64,000 bases of DNA, taken from contig NW_015173673.1 in assembly GCF_001447785.1 (NCBI RefSeq), forward strand, positions 849,214-913,213. The letters are read 5' to 3'. Of this stretch, positions 12,878-25,469 are shown in pieces; within the stretch, counting starts at the first letter, position 1, and each line of letters opens with the position of its first letter. Made by a program: the position numbers and the translations under genes. Under the pieces are notes generated by a model. That model did not search any database and was not told where the DNA came from. It was given only the letters and a program-made list of their open reading frames with translations. Source of the stretch: Gekko japonicus (Eukaryota).

Positions 12878-12996
12878 TTCAGTGCTCTTTTCAGCCCATC
12901 TGTAACTGCCTCCTTCCTTGCTTTTTCCAGAGACAAGGCCTTAGATTTCAAGCCTTCACTTACTCCATAGCCCACATCTTCATGATAGGACCCGTC
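12878..12996 (-). CDS. RAD52: RAD52 exon 6 (119 bp): [40 protein letters not shown]
   Basis: Near-invariant Rad52/Rad22 domain motif. Acceptor atttcag, donor gtaagt. Confidence 0.98.
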
Positions 12997-13524
12997 CTGA
13001 AATTTGAATAGAATGTTCAATACCAGCTATATGGCACTTTGGCTACAGGTGTCTTCTATCTTCTCCATGCTTGCTTTTCTGAAAAACATGCCTAATGGGG
13101 TACTGCATAGTTTTCGAGGAGTCCACAGGCACTCAGGTGTAAATCTAACTCTAGCACAGTCTGATCCAGTCTTCAGAGTAAGTCAAGCCCGAACCTGGAA
13201 GCTGTAACCAAACTGCTAGTCCAGAAGGGAGGATAAACGTAATGTTATTTTCAAGCAATACATTGTTGGAAATTATACATTGTAAACTATACAAACAAGG
13301 ATTTTCTTTCTACATAACCTTAGTTCCTGTTAACAAAAAAAAATTAAGTGATCCTTGTGTCCAGCAATGACAGCTCAGACAGTGGAAACAGCTATCCAAG
13401 GAGAATGTGGGGTATTTTGTGTAACGGGATATTTTGTCTAACAGGAAGTACCATCTCAAGCCATATTGTAAAGTATATTTAATTGATTATAAATTCCTGT
13501 AATCTCTAAAGTGCCCCTATTTAC

Positions 13525-13592
13525 CTTAAGCTGGACTTTTACAAAGGCGCAGACACCCACATAGAACTTGCCATTATTTAGATCCACAAAAT
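13525..13592 (-). CDS. RAD52: RAD52 exon 5 (68 bp): [23 protein letters not shown]
   Basis: Near identical to human. Acceptor tgcacag, donor AAG|gtaaat. Confidence 0.97.
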
Positions 13593-14600
13593 CTGTGCAA
13601 GAGAACAAGAAAAAGTGACAGCAGTGATTAAAGACTAAGGCTGGCTGGGTTTTCGGCACAAAAAGGCTGCACTAGAAACCTCTGCCATAATGTAATTGGG
13701 ATCCAAACTTCAATTCACATGCAACAGTGGATTTTTCTTTTGTTTTTAAGAGAAAAGGAAATTTACTCTATTAGCTGATTTTCAAAAGTAGGTTAATTTC
13801 TGCACACAGTTTAAGGAATAGTTTTTGCGTTTACCTAATGATATTAATAACATTTGCAAGTACAAGCACAGTATGTAATGTGGAATGTACAGCATTTAAA
13901 TAAAAAACACTGATAGACTAACATGACAATGGTGGCAACTGGCCCTGAAAAGAACTTTGGTGGAAGCGTAGAAGAACCTGAGTTCTGTTCAAAGAGAAAA
14001 ATATTAGAACACCATGCACAAGAAATCCTCCAGGAAAATTCTAGAGACACTCCCAACCATGTATTTGGCTCCTAAACTACGCATTTTGTGGGTCTGCAAA
14101 ATATTATTGAGGCAGTACAGACCAGGAACTTTAGCAGGCCTCTGAATCTTGTATGGGGGTGGCCCGTATTTCTGACAACTGAAAATTCGATTAATACCCT
14201 TAAGCAGTTATCACCCAGGTGCCCAAGGCTGTTGACATGTTTTGATAATATCTTAAATTCCAACAGACATCATACAAAAGGAAAAAGACGTAGGGAAGAA
14301 CAAAATAAGCAAACTCAGATAATCAGCTCTTATATAATGTCTACAGTTGCAGTGGCCACTGATGGAGGCAGTTCTGGGAGGGAAGGAACAAAATGGCAGT
14401 TGGTTCCAGTCAAATTGATCACAGGTATTGTAGAGCCTTCTCCAAGGGAAACCTGAAGAACTGTGGTTTCAACAAGGTACCCATCAGCCTGGCTATACAA
14501 CATTTTCTCTCTTTTTTTAAAAGAAGGCCAACAGCTTAATTAGTAATGTTCTAACTTAAGACAGAAATTGACAAAGCCCAGGCACTCAGTCACCCTGGCG

Positions 14601-15470
14601 CAGGGGTGTCATATATGTGGCCCGGGGGCTGGAAGTTCTTATCCGGCCCACAAGAAACTGGTGTGAGAGAGGAAAGGAAGGAGGCTGCTTTGGGGGGGGG
14701 GGAGCAGGCATGCAAGCACACACGGTGAGGTGTGTGTGGTCAGAGCTTTTAAGAAATGGAAGGAAATGGCTAAGGGGCAGATATGGCATCCCTTGCGTAA
14801 AAAAAACTAGTCTTGCATAAGATGAAACACTTATATTTTGAGTGTCACAAGAGTCTGACCTCCCCCCCCTTGTTGTCACTGGATTCTGGGTGTTCCAGAC
14901 GCTCAGCCACCTTGGAGTCTCTTCCCTCAGGGCAGCAGAGGCCTCAAACCCGAGCGGGGGAGGGAGGTTGCGCCACCACACCCTACCAACCCACTCCTTC
15001 TGGAGGGCTTGCTTTCAGTCTCTCTGGGCGTGACTCCGCCGTCTCCAGGTCATCCTCCTGGCCTCTGCTGCTGCCCTGCTTTTATCCCCTCCCTGCTCCC
15101 CCCAGCATTCCCTGGCCCCACCCCCATATTTAGCTGGAGCGGCTTCCCTCACAGGAGTCGCTTCGCCTGGGCCGGCTCCTCTCGGCCTCTCTTCTCTGGC
15201 CCTTCCAGGTAAGTGGCCCCAGGTAAGTGGCAAAGGGCCCGGGGAGGGGCCTTTGGGTGGCGACGGGAGGCCTGCCGGCAGTGGGGGGGTCGAGGACGAC
15301 CCGTCAGCGGGACAGTAAGAAAATAATATTGTTAATTGGGTTTGCCTGTGTCATTTAAAAGTTATATCTCTGGTACCTGGCATTTCATTTTATGGCAGAC
15401 ATGTCCCAGCCTGACAAAGTAACTTTTATGTCAGATCCGGCCCTTGTAACGAATGAGTTTGACACCTTTG
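14601..15470. mobile_element. hAT (Charlie-like) non-autonomous element
   Basis: TIR CAGGGGTGTCA ... TGACACCTTTG. 8-bp TSD ccctggcg / ctctagcg. Confidence 0.75.
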
Positions 15471-16445
15471 CTCTAGCGCCTAGAAATTTCATTATGGCAT
15501 CTCATGTTTTCAACAATGATTCAATTGTATCATTGCTTGTAAATACACAGTAGAAGCAGAAAACATGTACAATTTCTCACCAGAATGTTTCGTTGTGTGC
15601 CATAAAATGTATTGTTTGTTTATACATACACTTAACTTTAACCTAGTCAGTCGCAGTGGATGGATGGTCGTCTTAGCCAGTAGCTTTTTAAACTGGCTCC
15701 AGTATTCAACTAAATGGATCTTTTAAAAGTAATACTAGAATTGTGAGAACTTGCGAAGAAGTTAGGTTAGAGGTTAGCTTTTTGTTTGTGGTGATTTCAG
15801 CTACCCCTGTATGAGATATCTAATTCTGAACAGTGGCCACAGAATGCAAATCAAATACATACCTGTCCCTATACCCTCATTAGCAGGTAGGTGTCAGTCA
15901 TTGGCAAGAGGCTTTAAGCAAGAAGTGTGAAGGCAGCCCTTTCTGCTTCAACCTTCCCTCCCCCCAGCTGATTGGGGATATGGCCAGCAGGAGGGTAGAG
16001 GGAGGAGGAGGAGCTGACTGAGGAGTGGGAGAAAGGAAGGAAACAAAATGGAGAACAGGGACTGATGGGATTTCACTTGTAATTTTGGGTCCCCTGCTTA
16101 GTTATGTATATGCTACAAAACTTTTGCCATCTTTAATAAAATTACAAGAAACCTTGAAGATGCTAGGATTAGAATTGATGTTAGGAATAATTAGAAAATA
16201 TAGTCATTCAAATTCAAAACCTGAAGACTGAAAAATAAGCTTCACTCTTACATTTTTGGGTTAGCTGGCTCCCAGAACCAAGAAAAATCTGTCAAGGCTT
16301 GACTTACAGGCAATAACTACATTCGAAAGGAAATACCACTTTTCATAAGAGCACACAATGGTTCTGTGGACTGGTGTATCTAATGTCTCTGTTTTTTTGA
16401 CTGACCATGGTAGGCTTTGACAAAACAAATTAGATGTGTAGGAAT

Positions 16446-16651
16446 CAATTCTCCCTCTAAGGACTGGAGTCTTGTGAGCAACAATTCTACTTTGTGAGCT
16501 ACTGGCATTCAAGTTGTGAGCAAGCGATTTGGCTGCTGCATAAATCAGTTTGCTCTGGAGCTATCCTTCCTGAGCTAAGCCAAAAATGTGTGAGCCGGAG
16601 GCTAAGAAACTGTGAGCTAGCTCACACTAACTCAGCTTAGAGTGAACACTG
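16446..16651 (-). mobile_element. hAT MITE, same family as 10719-10919, inverted orientation
   Basis: Reverse-complement homology over ~200 bp, TIRs present. Confidence 0.85.
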
Positions 16652-17034
16652 TGTAACATCAGGGCATCCAGTGACTTGTGGGGGGGGGGGTTTCACAATG
16701 TCTTTTCAACATAGCAAGAAGGTTTAGGGTCTTGTCTCAACAGTGAATTTTTTAACAGGACTGGGAAAGTAGGGAGGAATAATGGCAGAGGAAGATACTG
16801 AAGACAGCACTGGATGCAAGTCAGCAGGTATTGCAAAATATTAGTGTACTTCAGCAAATTCGATTTTTTCACAGGGAACTGTATTGCAAGAAATCAGGCT
16901 ACAAAGAAGGCTAAGTCAGCAATAAAAGGTAGGTCTTTGGAAGGATAAGTTCCACACGGACAAAAGATGACTTGGTATACTAGTATTCAGCAGATGGGTT
17001 GTTTTTTAGTCATGGCACTTCTGGGGGTGACAGG

Positions 17035-17325
17035 TAGGGTTCCCAAGTACTTACCGCGATCAGGCGGGGGAAACATGCTCCCCGGCTGAACCATTCCTCC
17101 CTGTAACGCACCATGCCGTTGCCAGGAAGTGACGCTGGGTGACGCTCTGGCAATGGGGCTGAAAACTCGATGGTACCATTGAGTTTCCAGCCCCATAAGC
17201 AGAGTGTCGCCCAGCGTCACTTCCTGGCGATGGCATGGTGCGGCATGTCTGTTGTCCCCGCGGGAATGATCCTGTGAAGACGTCTGTGTCCCCCGCCGAA
17301 TCACGGTAAGTACTTGGGAAGCCTG
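17035..17325. mobile_element. Fold-back hAT MITE (TAGGGTTCCCAAG family)
   Basis: Long inverted arms, perfect 8-bp TSD GTGACAGG (17027-17034 / 17326-17333). Confidence 0.88.
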
Positions 17326-17638
17326 GTGACAGGACTACCACACTGATGAACCAGCTTCAGTTCAGGAATGCAAATACAACCTTAATAAATAAGTATCTGG
17401 CAAGATCATCCTTACCACAGTGCCCTCATAGCCCACTCACAGCCTCTCAGCTGTGGTGGGGTTTATGCTTCAAAAAGCCATTTGTGAAGACCTCAGTCAG
17501 CCCTCAACTCAGGAATTGGAAATCTGCAAACACAGTGTTCGCTATTTCATTTCATTAACATGTCAATTATATTTTATCTCTTCTTTGAGAACCCTCGGCA
17601 TGAGGCTGTTACAACATGAGTTTTGGTCAGGTGCTCAC

Positions 17639-17732
17639 CAACATTCTGCTGAGTGACTGAATGAGCCCAGCCATTGTAACCAAACATCTCATTGGCCAGA
17701 CTGACAACTCTATGTCCTTCAATGTAGCAAAC
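17639..17732 (-). CDS. RAD52: RAD52 exon 4 (94 bp): [31 protein letters not shown]
   Basis: Rad52 motif YIEG...[11 protein letters not shown]. Acceptor ctttcag, donor gtgagc. Confidence 0.98.
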
Positions 17733-17804
17733 CTGAAAGGAGAAAGAAACAAACTGTTATTTTGTATAGTAGCTCAAATGCATTGGATTTTGAAAATCCA
17801 ATTA

Positions 17805-18557
17805 ATCTTCGTGGCTTCTGTGCAGTCCCACATGCAGCCACAGAGTGCCCCTCCTGCCTCTGACGCTTTACCGCCAGAACGATCACATGGGACCAGGAGA
17901 GGCACTACTCCCTCAGTTCTCTTTTTGCCAACATGGAGGATATCCCCAGCTGTTCAGTGCCACTTTATGTATCATGGCTGTCTTCAAAAGAGTGCTGTTT
18001 TTTCTTGGCCACGTTCCCACATGTATTTCAGTTGGGAGTCAGGACACTTGCAGAGAGCTCCGTGCTCCGTTACAAGGCAGTTCTGGGTGAAGGTCATTAT
18101 GTGATGCTAAGCAGCCATTAAGAAGACGGTCCTCCATGGTCTCTTCCTTTGAGAGATTCACACCCACCTCCTTCACTCAGTGAGCTTGTTCATCTCCCCA
18201 TGTGGGACTTCATAGAAGCCACGAAGATAAAAACGGGGTTGCACTTACCTGTAACCATTTTTCATGGAGTGGTCTTCTGTGCAGGCACACATCCCTCCCT
18301 CCTGCCCCACTGTGAGCTCTCTTCGCTTCTTGGGGTCCCCGGTGGCGGCATGGAGAGAACTGAGGGAGTAGTGCCTCTCCTCCTGGTCATGTGATCGTTC
18401 TGGCAGTATAGCGCCAGAGGCAGGAGGGGCACTCCTAGTCTTCTAGAAAGCTTGGAAATCTTTTCCGTGGCTGGCCTGCGACTGTGCAGTCCCCACGTGT
18501 GCCCGCACAGAAGACCACTTGATGAACAATGGTTACAGGTAAGTGCAGCCCCATTTT
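17805..18557. mobile_element. Non-autonomous DIRS1-type retroelement (left ITR, ICR, right ITR; no coding capacity)
   Basis: 17845-17930 is inverted at ~18350-18433. Internal 18198-18295 is complementary to both the element start (atcttcgtggcttctgtgcagtcccacatg) and end (cacagaagaccac...ggttacaggtaagtgcagccccatttt). Confidence 0.75.
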
Positions 18558-18683
18558 CTGATATATTGTAGTCTTATTATTTTCATGAAGAATCTCAGGT
18601 GTCTCTGTATACCCTTGCAACACACATTCAAAGATAGGAACATCATAACAAAAAAATGGAATGTAGCACATACATACAAAATA

Positions 18684-19036
18684 GTAAAGGTAAAGGTTTC
18701 CCTTGCTCGAACGCCAGTCGAGTTCGACTCCTGGGTTGCAGTGCTCATCTCCGTTTCCAAGCCGAAGAGCCAGCGCTGTCCGAAGACATTTCTGTGGTCA
18801 TGTGGCCGGCATGACTAAACGCCAAGGCGCACGGAACGCTGTTACCTTCCCACTGAGGTGGTACCTATTTATCTACTTGCAATTTCTTGCTTTCGAACTG
18901 CTAGGCTGGCAGGAGCTGGGACCGGAGACAGGAGCTCACTCCGTCATGCGGCACACTTGGGTCTTGAACTGCTGAACTACCAACCTTCCAGCCTGCAGTT
19001 CAGCGTCTTAACCACTTGAGCCATCTTTACTTTTAT
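18684..19036 (-). mobile_element. Sauria SINE
   Basis: (ACCTTT)n tail, characteristic body gtggtcatgtggccggcatgact...gctgttaccttcccac...ggtacctatttatctactt, 10-bp TSD ATACAAAATA. Confidence 0.88.
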
Positions 19037-19661
19037 ATACAAAATACCAGAGTTACCAAGTATTTTCCACATTTACAGTATTAACTGGGTAACAAAGTCA
19101 ATTTAATATATGTGTCTCATACTGAGAGAATACCACGTAATAAACTGATAACAAATTAACTATGCCTGTACTGTCTGCCGATTCACATAGGAGTGATACT
19201 ATGGAGCATCAGGTGTGTGTGGGAAATACGTATATGTATCAGATCATTACAAATATGATGCAATTGGCATGGGATTATATAGCAAATCACATACCTCTAA
19301 AAATGTTTTTCCTGTACTATGCTTGCTGCTTTTTTTAGATCCTTGGTAGGCAGTAATGGGCTAAAGGTTCCCCCACTCCCAAAGTACCATGGCCACAGCT
19401 GCCTATCCTTCTCCACAGACACTTTCTTGACTTTATGTTAGGGGCCTGACAGTAACCTTCAGGACTCTGAATTTGGCCTTTGAGATGTCACTGGTGTATC
19501 TCTCTGCTTTAGATCGTGTAACTCCTAAGTAAGGGCAGAGGAAGTATTCTCCCCAAAGGATTCAAAAAGATTAACCCTAACCCTAACTATTCACACTAGA
19601 ATATTCATAGTAAAAACCATTAACTTGCTACCAGATAAAAGCAATCTATGCATGTTTATAC

Positions 19662-19763
19662 CTTCTGTCCTCCACCAGCTTGTCGGCTGCTGATGTATTC
19701 TGGGCCCAGTCTCTGCCGCAGGGCAGTCTGGATGGCCTGGTACTCATCTGCTGTATACCGACA
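19662..19763 (-). CDS. RAD52: RAD52 exon 3 (102 bp): [34 protein letters not shown]
   Basis: Motif LGPEYISSR. Poly-T tract plus aag acceptor, donor AAG|gtataa. Confidence 0.98.
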
Positions 19764-20619
19764 CTTAAAAAAAAAAAAAAAGTTAAGAAGTTGGCAAATC
19801 TAGGATATGGTACAAATTTTGCTCTGTCCTAGCTTTCTCCCCATTTCAAGATTTGGTACAATCAGGATTTTTTTTTTTTTTTGCCTCTCTTTGCCTTTCT
19901 TTCTTTCAATCCAAACTCTTTGCCTCTCTTTCAATCCAATCTTAGTCGTAATTACATAACGAAGAAAGGAACGGTTTTACCATACCTCACAAGATACCTA
20001 TCTCCCTTATGATGATACCACATATTGTTCCAATGACAGACAGCTAAAATAAAGGGAAAAAAGCATGTGGCACAAATTCACAAGTATAATTAAGATAAAT
20101 TAAAAGCTTAGCTCAACTGGCAGCATTTATTTTTGTTCTAGACCCAGGGCCAGGTTGCAAAAATAATGGAGGAAATGCAAGGCAACGTAGTAGACTTGTA
20201 GCATACTTTAAACAATCCAAAGGAAATTCTTAGGTAACTTGAATGGTTTTCCAGTGCATGGGGGGCCAATAGGAAGTTAAGAAACCATACAGCTACCTTA
20301 ATTGTACTAGCTGAGAGCAAAACAATGCATTCATTGGTAGCGTCAGTGGTTCAGACAGAGCTTGTGCCAACATCCTGTGCTTCTCCTTGGAAAGGAATGC
20401 CTCATACTGAAAAACATGGGTCTGTGGTAAACACTATATAACTTATCTACAGCTGCCAGAAGCTAGACATGCCATGAGGGGGGAGAACAAACTCTGCAGC
20501 AGCCACCCCACTGAATTAAAGAGAGAGGAGTCTTGCACTGCTTTTATCACATGCTTCATCTGATTAAGGGATGGCTACTAAAAATGCCTCTATGCCCCCA
20601 AAGTCCTATTTTGTTACAT

Positions 20620-20810
20620 AACAGACGCCCTGCAGAACCAGACCAGTGATCCATCTAATCCAATATCCTGTTTCATGCAGTGGCCAACCAACTGGGCCTC
20701 AGGGCACTGTCTCCTGCTGATCCTAGCACCAGTATCCAGAGGTTAGTGACTCTAGATATGAAGATTCTTTTTAGTCATCATAGCTCGTAGTCATTGATGG
20801 AACCATCCCA
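20620..20810 (-). mobile_element. Old CR1 3'-UTR fragment
   Basis: Diverged reverse-complement similarity to the CR1 tail at 9560-9786. A similar piece lies at ~33095-33200. Confidence 0.55.
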
Positions 20811-20882
20811 CTTTGATCTGTTTGTGAGATGATAAGTTGAGGGATGGTGGTAGAACAAGGGATGGAGGTGATTCTACATTAA

Positions 20883-23800
20883 CAGTACAATCCTAAGAGA
20901 GGGGGCTGAAAACGCTCAAGAAGCCAACCGACCTTTGCGTTGGCATATGTCCGAGATACGCCAGTGTCAGGGCCAGTTACGACGGCGCAGGATCCCAACG
21001 CTGCTCCGTCACTCTTGGGTGCTGGTGGAGGGCCACAGTGGCTGCCCGTTGATCCCACTGAGGGATAGGCCCCTGTGCCAGCGTGACTGTGGGTGGTTTT
21101 GGGGGCATGGCTAGAGTTAGTTGGCCCCCTGATCCTTTCAGCCTGGGAACGCCCCCCACCACCAGAGGGGGAAAGTTACATGAACAAAAAACACGACGTG
21201 TCCCATAAGCACCAATTGAACTGAAAACTCAAGTCATCCCCCCACCACTGCAGCCTTGCCAATTAGGCTCAGAGGAGCTCAAGATGCCAACCATAGGCTC
21301 GGCCAATCACCGCCCTCCCAGGGTGGCCAAGCCCCTTTCCCAGCACCCTATCGTGCCCCCCCTATAAAAACTTCAGCCAGGACATCTTACAACTCAATAG
21401 TTAGGGAACGCAGCATGGGACGCTGTCTTGGAGCTCCCTGCCGTACACTTAGAGCAAGCGTCAAGGCACTTTGGTGGTGGGAAAAGCACAGATATGGCAC
21501 TTAGCACTACAGGGTAAGCATTTAGTGCTAACACCCAAAGAGGAGAGCAAGGTCCATACTCTGTGGCTGACCTCTCCCATTTCAGAACCCTAACAGGTAC
21601 CCCACCTTTAGAGGCTCGAACCATAGGGGCAACCATGCACTGACAGGTAAGCAAAAGCAATGAACCCAAACCTGCTCCCCCACTCCCCTTGCTTGAGGCT
21701 GGGTGCCATGACAGCATTTCCTGCACTCAAGACCAGCACTGAGCCACATGCAGGGGTGGCACAAACCCCTGACATGCCATGGGAAAAGATTCCAGGAAAG
21801 TCTCCTGAGAGATCTTGGAGGGGGGAATGCTCTGTCATTTGCCTGGTTCCCACCCTTGGCAGAGGACAGGGTGTGTCTGTGGTTGGGGGTCTTGCCAGCT
21901 GCTCCACTATACATGGCGAACCAGCATGCCATGTGACCCTTTAACTCATTTCCTTGCAGAATCAGAGCCTTGAGCAGCAGCTGCAGGTGCTGCTGTGGAT
22001 GGACTGTCAGCAATCTGGGAGCACTTCAACACAGGACAGGTGAGTGTGAAAGCTGGATGGTACCATCTTGTGCCTCAAGGGGGGTTCGTGGTGAGGGGCC
22101 CCCTCCATGAGGCTGCATTTGCAGACCCTGTTGGGAAAACATATCCATGGCTGAGTCTGGCATGACACTTGTGGCCGGTTGCCATGACTCTGTTTTACTT
22201 GCCTGCAGGCGGAGATTCAACAGGGAGAGTTGTGGGTTTGGCAAGTCCCACCTGCTCCCCCCCCACTCTGCTCAATCCACTGTTCCAGTCCTCCTCTTGA
22301 AGTGGAGCGTAGCACTCGGCCAGCCCTTTTGAGTTCCACCTGCAATGCCATCCCACTTAGAGGCATGCCATGTCTGGGATCCTCAGTCCTTTCCCCCATG
22401 GCCCCAGGGAGGAAGCAAACGGAGTCTTCACACCTTGCCATGGTTTGCAGTACAATAAAGTCTGTGTTGTGCCACAAGTGTGTCTCTGCTGTTTGGTTTT
22501 GACTACACGACAGGAGCTCCACACCCTTCCCTGCCCCACTCCCCACCCCATCTGTCACTCCCCCGACAGCTTCCCGAGGACATGTCTAAGAGGGAGGGCT
22601 CTCAGGTGCTGCGGGTGGCTGTGGATGGCTGTGCAGGTCCCACTGGTCACAGTCATCTGCCATACATAGCAGGGGCCAGCAGCACAGACAGATTCCCCTG
22701 CCTCACCTTGCAGGCTTCTGTGTGAAGGGGGGAGGGTGTTCTGGGCGAATGATCCAGCTTAGTGCGGTGGGTACAGTGTGAGACTAGATCTGGGAGACCC
22801 AGAGTCAGTTCCCCACTTGTACCATGGAAGTTAGGTGGGTGGCCGTGGATCAGATGCACAACACCCTCAGCCTAACCAACCTCATGGGGTCGTTATGAAC
22901 ATGAAATGGAAAAGAGGGAAATGATGTAAGCCACTTGGGGGAGAAAGGTCAGACATAAATTGAGCGAGTAAACAAAGTTCATAAACGTGCGTCTGCTCCA
23001 GGAAGGGGGTCTTCTGCCACCCAGGGGGATGGCATCTGTGCAGGTAACACTGAGGGGGGCAGGGGGTCAAGAGGGTTCCTGGAGTCAATGGCTGGGGGGG
23101 GGAGCCAATGCAGCAGGTGGACTTGATGTATTTGCAGGGGGGTGGGCTTTTGGGGGGGGTATGCCCATTGGACATACTGGCAGGAGCGACAAATGATTTG
23201 CATGGTTTCCATTGCAAGATGTCACAACTACATCGCTACTCATGGAAGTAATTATGAATGCAGAATGGATTTGGAATTACAGTCTCTGGACACTGATTGC
23301 TCTGGAACAGGAATGACAGAGCCCAGAGTGGAATGATTGTCATTCCAATTCAAGACCACCTCTGCTCCATTGAGGAGGGAATTGGGGGATCAGACAGCGG
23401 TGCTCCATGCCCCCACCTCTGAGTCTACCCCGGTGGCCTCCTCTCCTACTCTGCCACTGGTAAGGGTGATGTGGGAGTGCCCTTGGCAATGGACAGCTCA
23501 AACTTTTTACCCCCTATCAGGTGTCCAGATTTGCTGACGGGAGTTGGTCTCTTTAAGTGGGTAGGTGGGTTTGCTCCTGAAAACAAGTGGAACTCCTGTG
23601 GCCCACCCTTCTCCACCCCCTGCCTGAGATGGATGCTGGACTCCACCCCTTGCCACATGGCCCCTGATTGGTTCTGGCAGCCCTGTCGATCATAGTGCCA
23701 CTGCCTCCACATAACACCTCCACTGACCGCCATGGTGTGGTTGCTATAGACGTTACTTCGGTTACAACCAGAAAACACTGCAAACCACTGACTTTGTCCG

Positions 23801-23901
23801 CTGGTTGCTGCGTAACTTATGTCCTTAGGGAATAGATTAGCGCTGCCAAAGTCACGTGGCAGCCGCCCACTGCAACGCAGGAGTGGCACAGGATTGCTCT
23901 G
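20883..23901. mobile_element. ~3-kb GC-rich putative non-autonomous DNA transposon (possibly PIF/Harbinger-derived)
   Basis: Abrupt GC-rich block bounded by imperfect TIR CAGTACAATCCT ... AGGATTGCTCTG. TTAA on the left flank only. No intact transposase. Confidence 0.45.
22752..22972 (+). mobile_element. tRNA-derived squamate SINE nested in the 20883-23901 block
   Basis: tRNA-like head (gactagatctgggagacccag), core ctcagcctaacc.acctca..ggg.tgtt, L2-like tail. Confidence 0.6.
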
Positions 23902-25154
23902 CCCCTTACTTTGCTACTGATACTGACATTTCAGTATATTATTTTATTTACTAAGAAAGAGGTTCCAGGTAGTAAGGTTGGAACTCTTGCCACAGGTGGG
24001 GCTGTCAGCAGAGTCCAAGAAAAGAGCAAGTAGTTAGCTGGGTCTCATGAGCTTGTTAGCAGTGTTGAATCCATGATGCCACTGTTGCAATTGTTTTTAG
24101 ATGTCTCCATCGTACAAAGCCAAAGGGAAGAGAGGCATACCCTGTGGAACTGGGGGCAAATCACAAGTGCACATGTTTCTTTTTCCACTCCAGCAATGAT
24201 AGTGGATGAAAGATGCTTTAAAAAAGCGTAGGACAGTGGCACCAGCAAACAACACAGTATACATCCAAAATGGTGAAAAGCAGTCCTGATAAAAGGATTC
24301 CAACCTATTTTTGAGCTTCTTCTATTCCTCCTAAAAATACTTTAATGGAAAAATTGGCCCATATATTTAATGCTTGTAAGATGTCAGAATCCTTTCAAAA
24401 TTTTGTTTGACACAGTTGTGCAAGATGCTGTTGATGTCAGCATCCATCGGCTGCAAAAACTGAACAGGGAAGATGTGCAGCAGCTTAAAGCTTATTTTCC
24501 CAGAGGGCTCTGTGAGCCTATGTAAGAAAGGATGGGAGGAATGTAGACAAGCCACTTCCTGACACACTTTATTCTAAAAACATAAAAGGCAAGAATGGCA
24601 CCAGAGGAAGTGCAAAGAGAGAGAAAAAATACTGTGAATATATTTACTACACTAATTACATTTGTCTGCTGAATTAATTTATGTCGAAAGAAAGGCATTT
24701 AACCATGCAGCACCCCCAAAAGTATACGCTTAGGCTGGCGAAGATCTGCTTGTTTCCAATTATGAAGGTAAGGAAGGAGGCAGTTTTGGTTTCACTGGCA
24801 CCAAGGATACGTGTATTAATTTGAGCAAGGCTAGTGTTCTCTACTTAGCTTTATACAATCAAAAAGTTAAACCTACAGACAGGAAAAATCAGTATTTGGA
24901 CAGAAATCAAGATGAGGAAGACTGTTTGCCCAGTAATATTGAACAACTCTCAAGCCTTCAAGTAAGTTATTATTGCTTGTTAAAGAAAGAAGGAAGAGGG
25001 AGATTAAGCACCAGGAAACAGAAAGAAGAATTATGGAAGCCTTCTGAAGATGAATGGAACTCTTTTTTTACCATGGTATAAATCACTGCCCCTAGTAGAT
25101 CTCTCAGAAAACAGCAGAATTCTCATACACAGTTGGAAGTGATGATACACTGAC

Positions 25155-25226
25155 CTGTCCAAAACTCATATTGGAGCTAGCACTGGTGCTGCTACTTCTG
25201 TCTTTTGTCAAATTACTCCCGGACAT
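25155..25226 (-). CDS. RAD52: RAD52 exon 2, start codon: MSGSNLTKDRSSSTSASSNMSFGQ (exon 25155-25228)
   Basis: Acceptor cacttcttag lies 2 nt before the ATG. Ends in FGQ|gtcagt, as human exon 2 (MSG...FGQ). The total spliced CDS is 1203 nt = 400 aa + stop. Confidence 0.92.
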
Positions 25227-25469
25227 TCCTAAGAAGTGAAAGAAACCAGAACATCACTATCTTTAAGCAAAAGGAAGCAGTTATTCACATAATATTTAAG
25301 ACATAATGTACCCCCTGGGTCTTTTTTCAGTTGGGAAGGTCACCAAGTGTCAGGTATGCCAGAAAATTTTGCCATCACCACAATAGTTTCCTCACGTCCA
25401 GTGTTTGCTTTCCTCTGTATAAATAAATTGCTTACTTATACGAGGGACAGTAAGGGGGTACACATGGAG

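Larger units (their letters stand above)
12517..13410 (+). repeat. 41-bp direct repeat pair (12517-12557 and 13370-13410)
   Basis: acagctcagacagtggaaacagctatc(a/c)aaggagaa(c/t)gtgg, 2 mismatches. Confidence 0.85.

Noticed and set aside
19571-19588. Interstitial telomeric repeat (taaccc)x2-3
   Set aside because: Too short to distinguish from chance.
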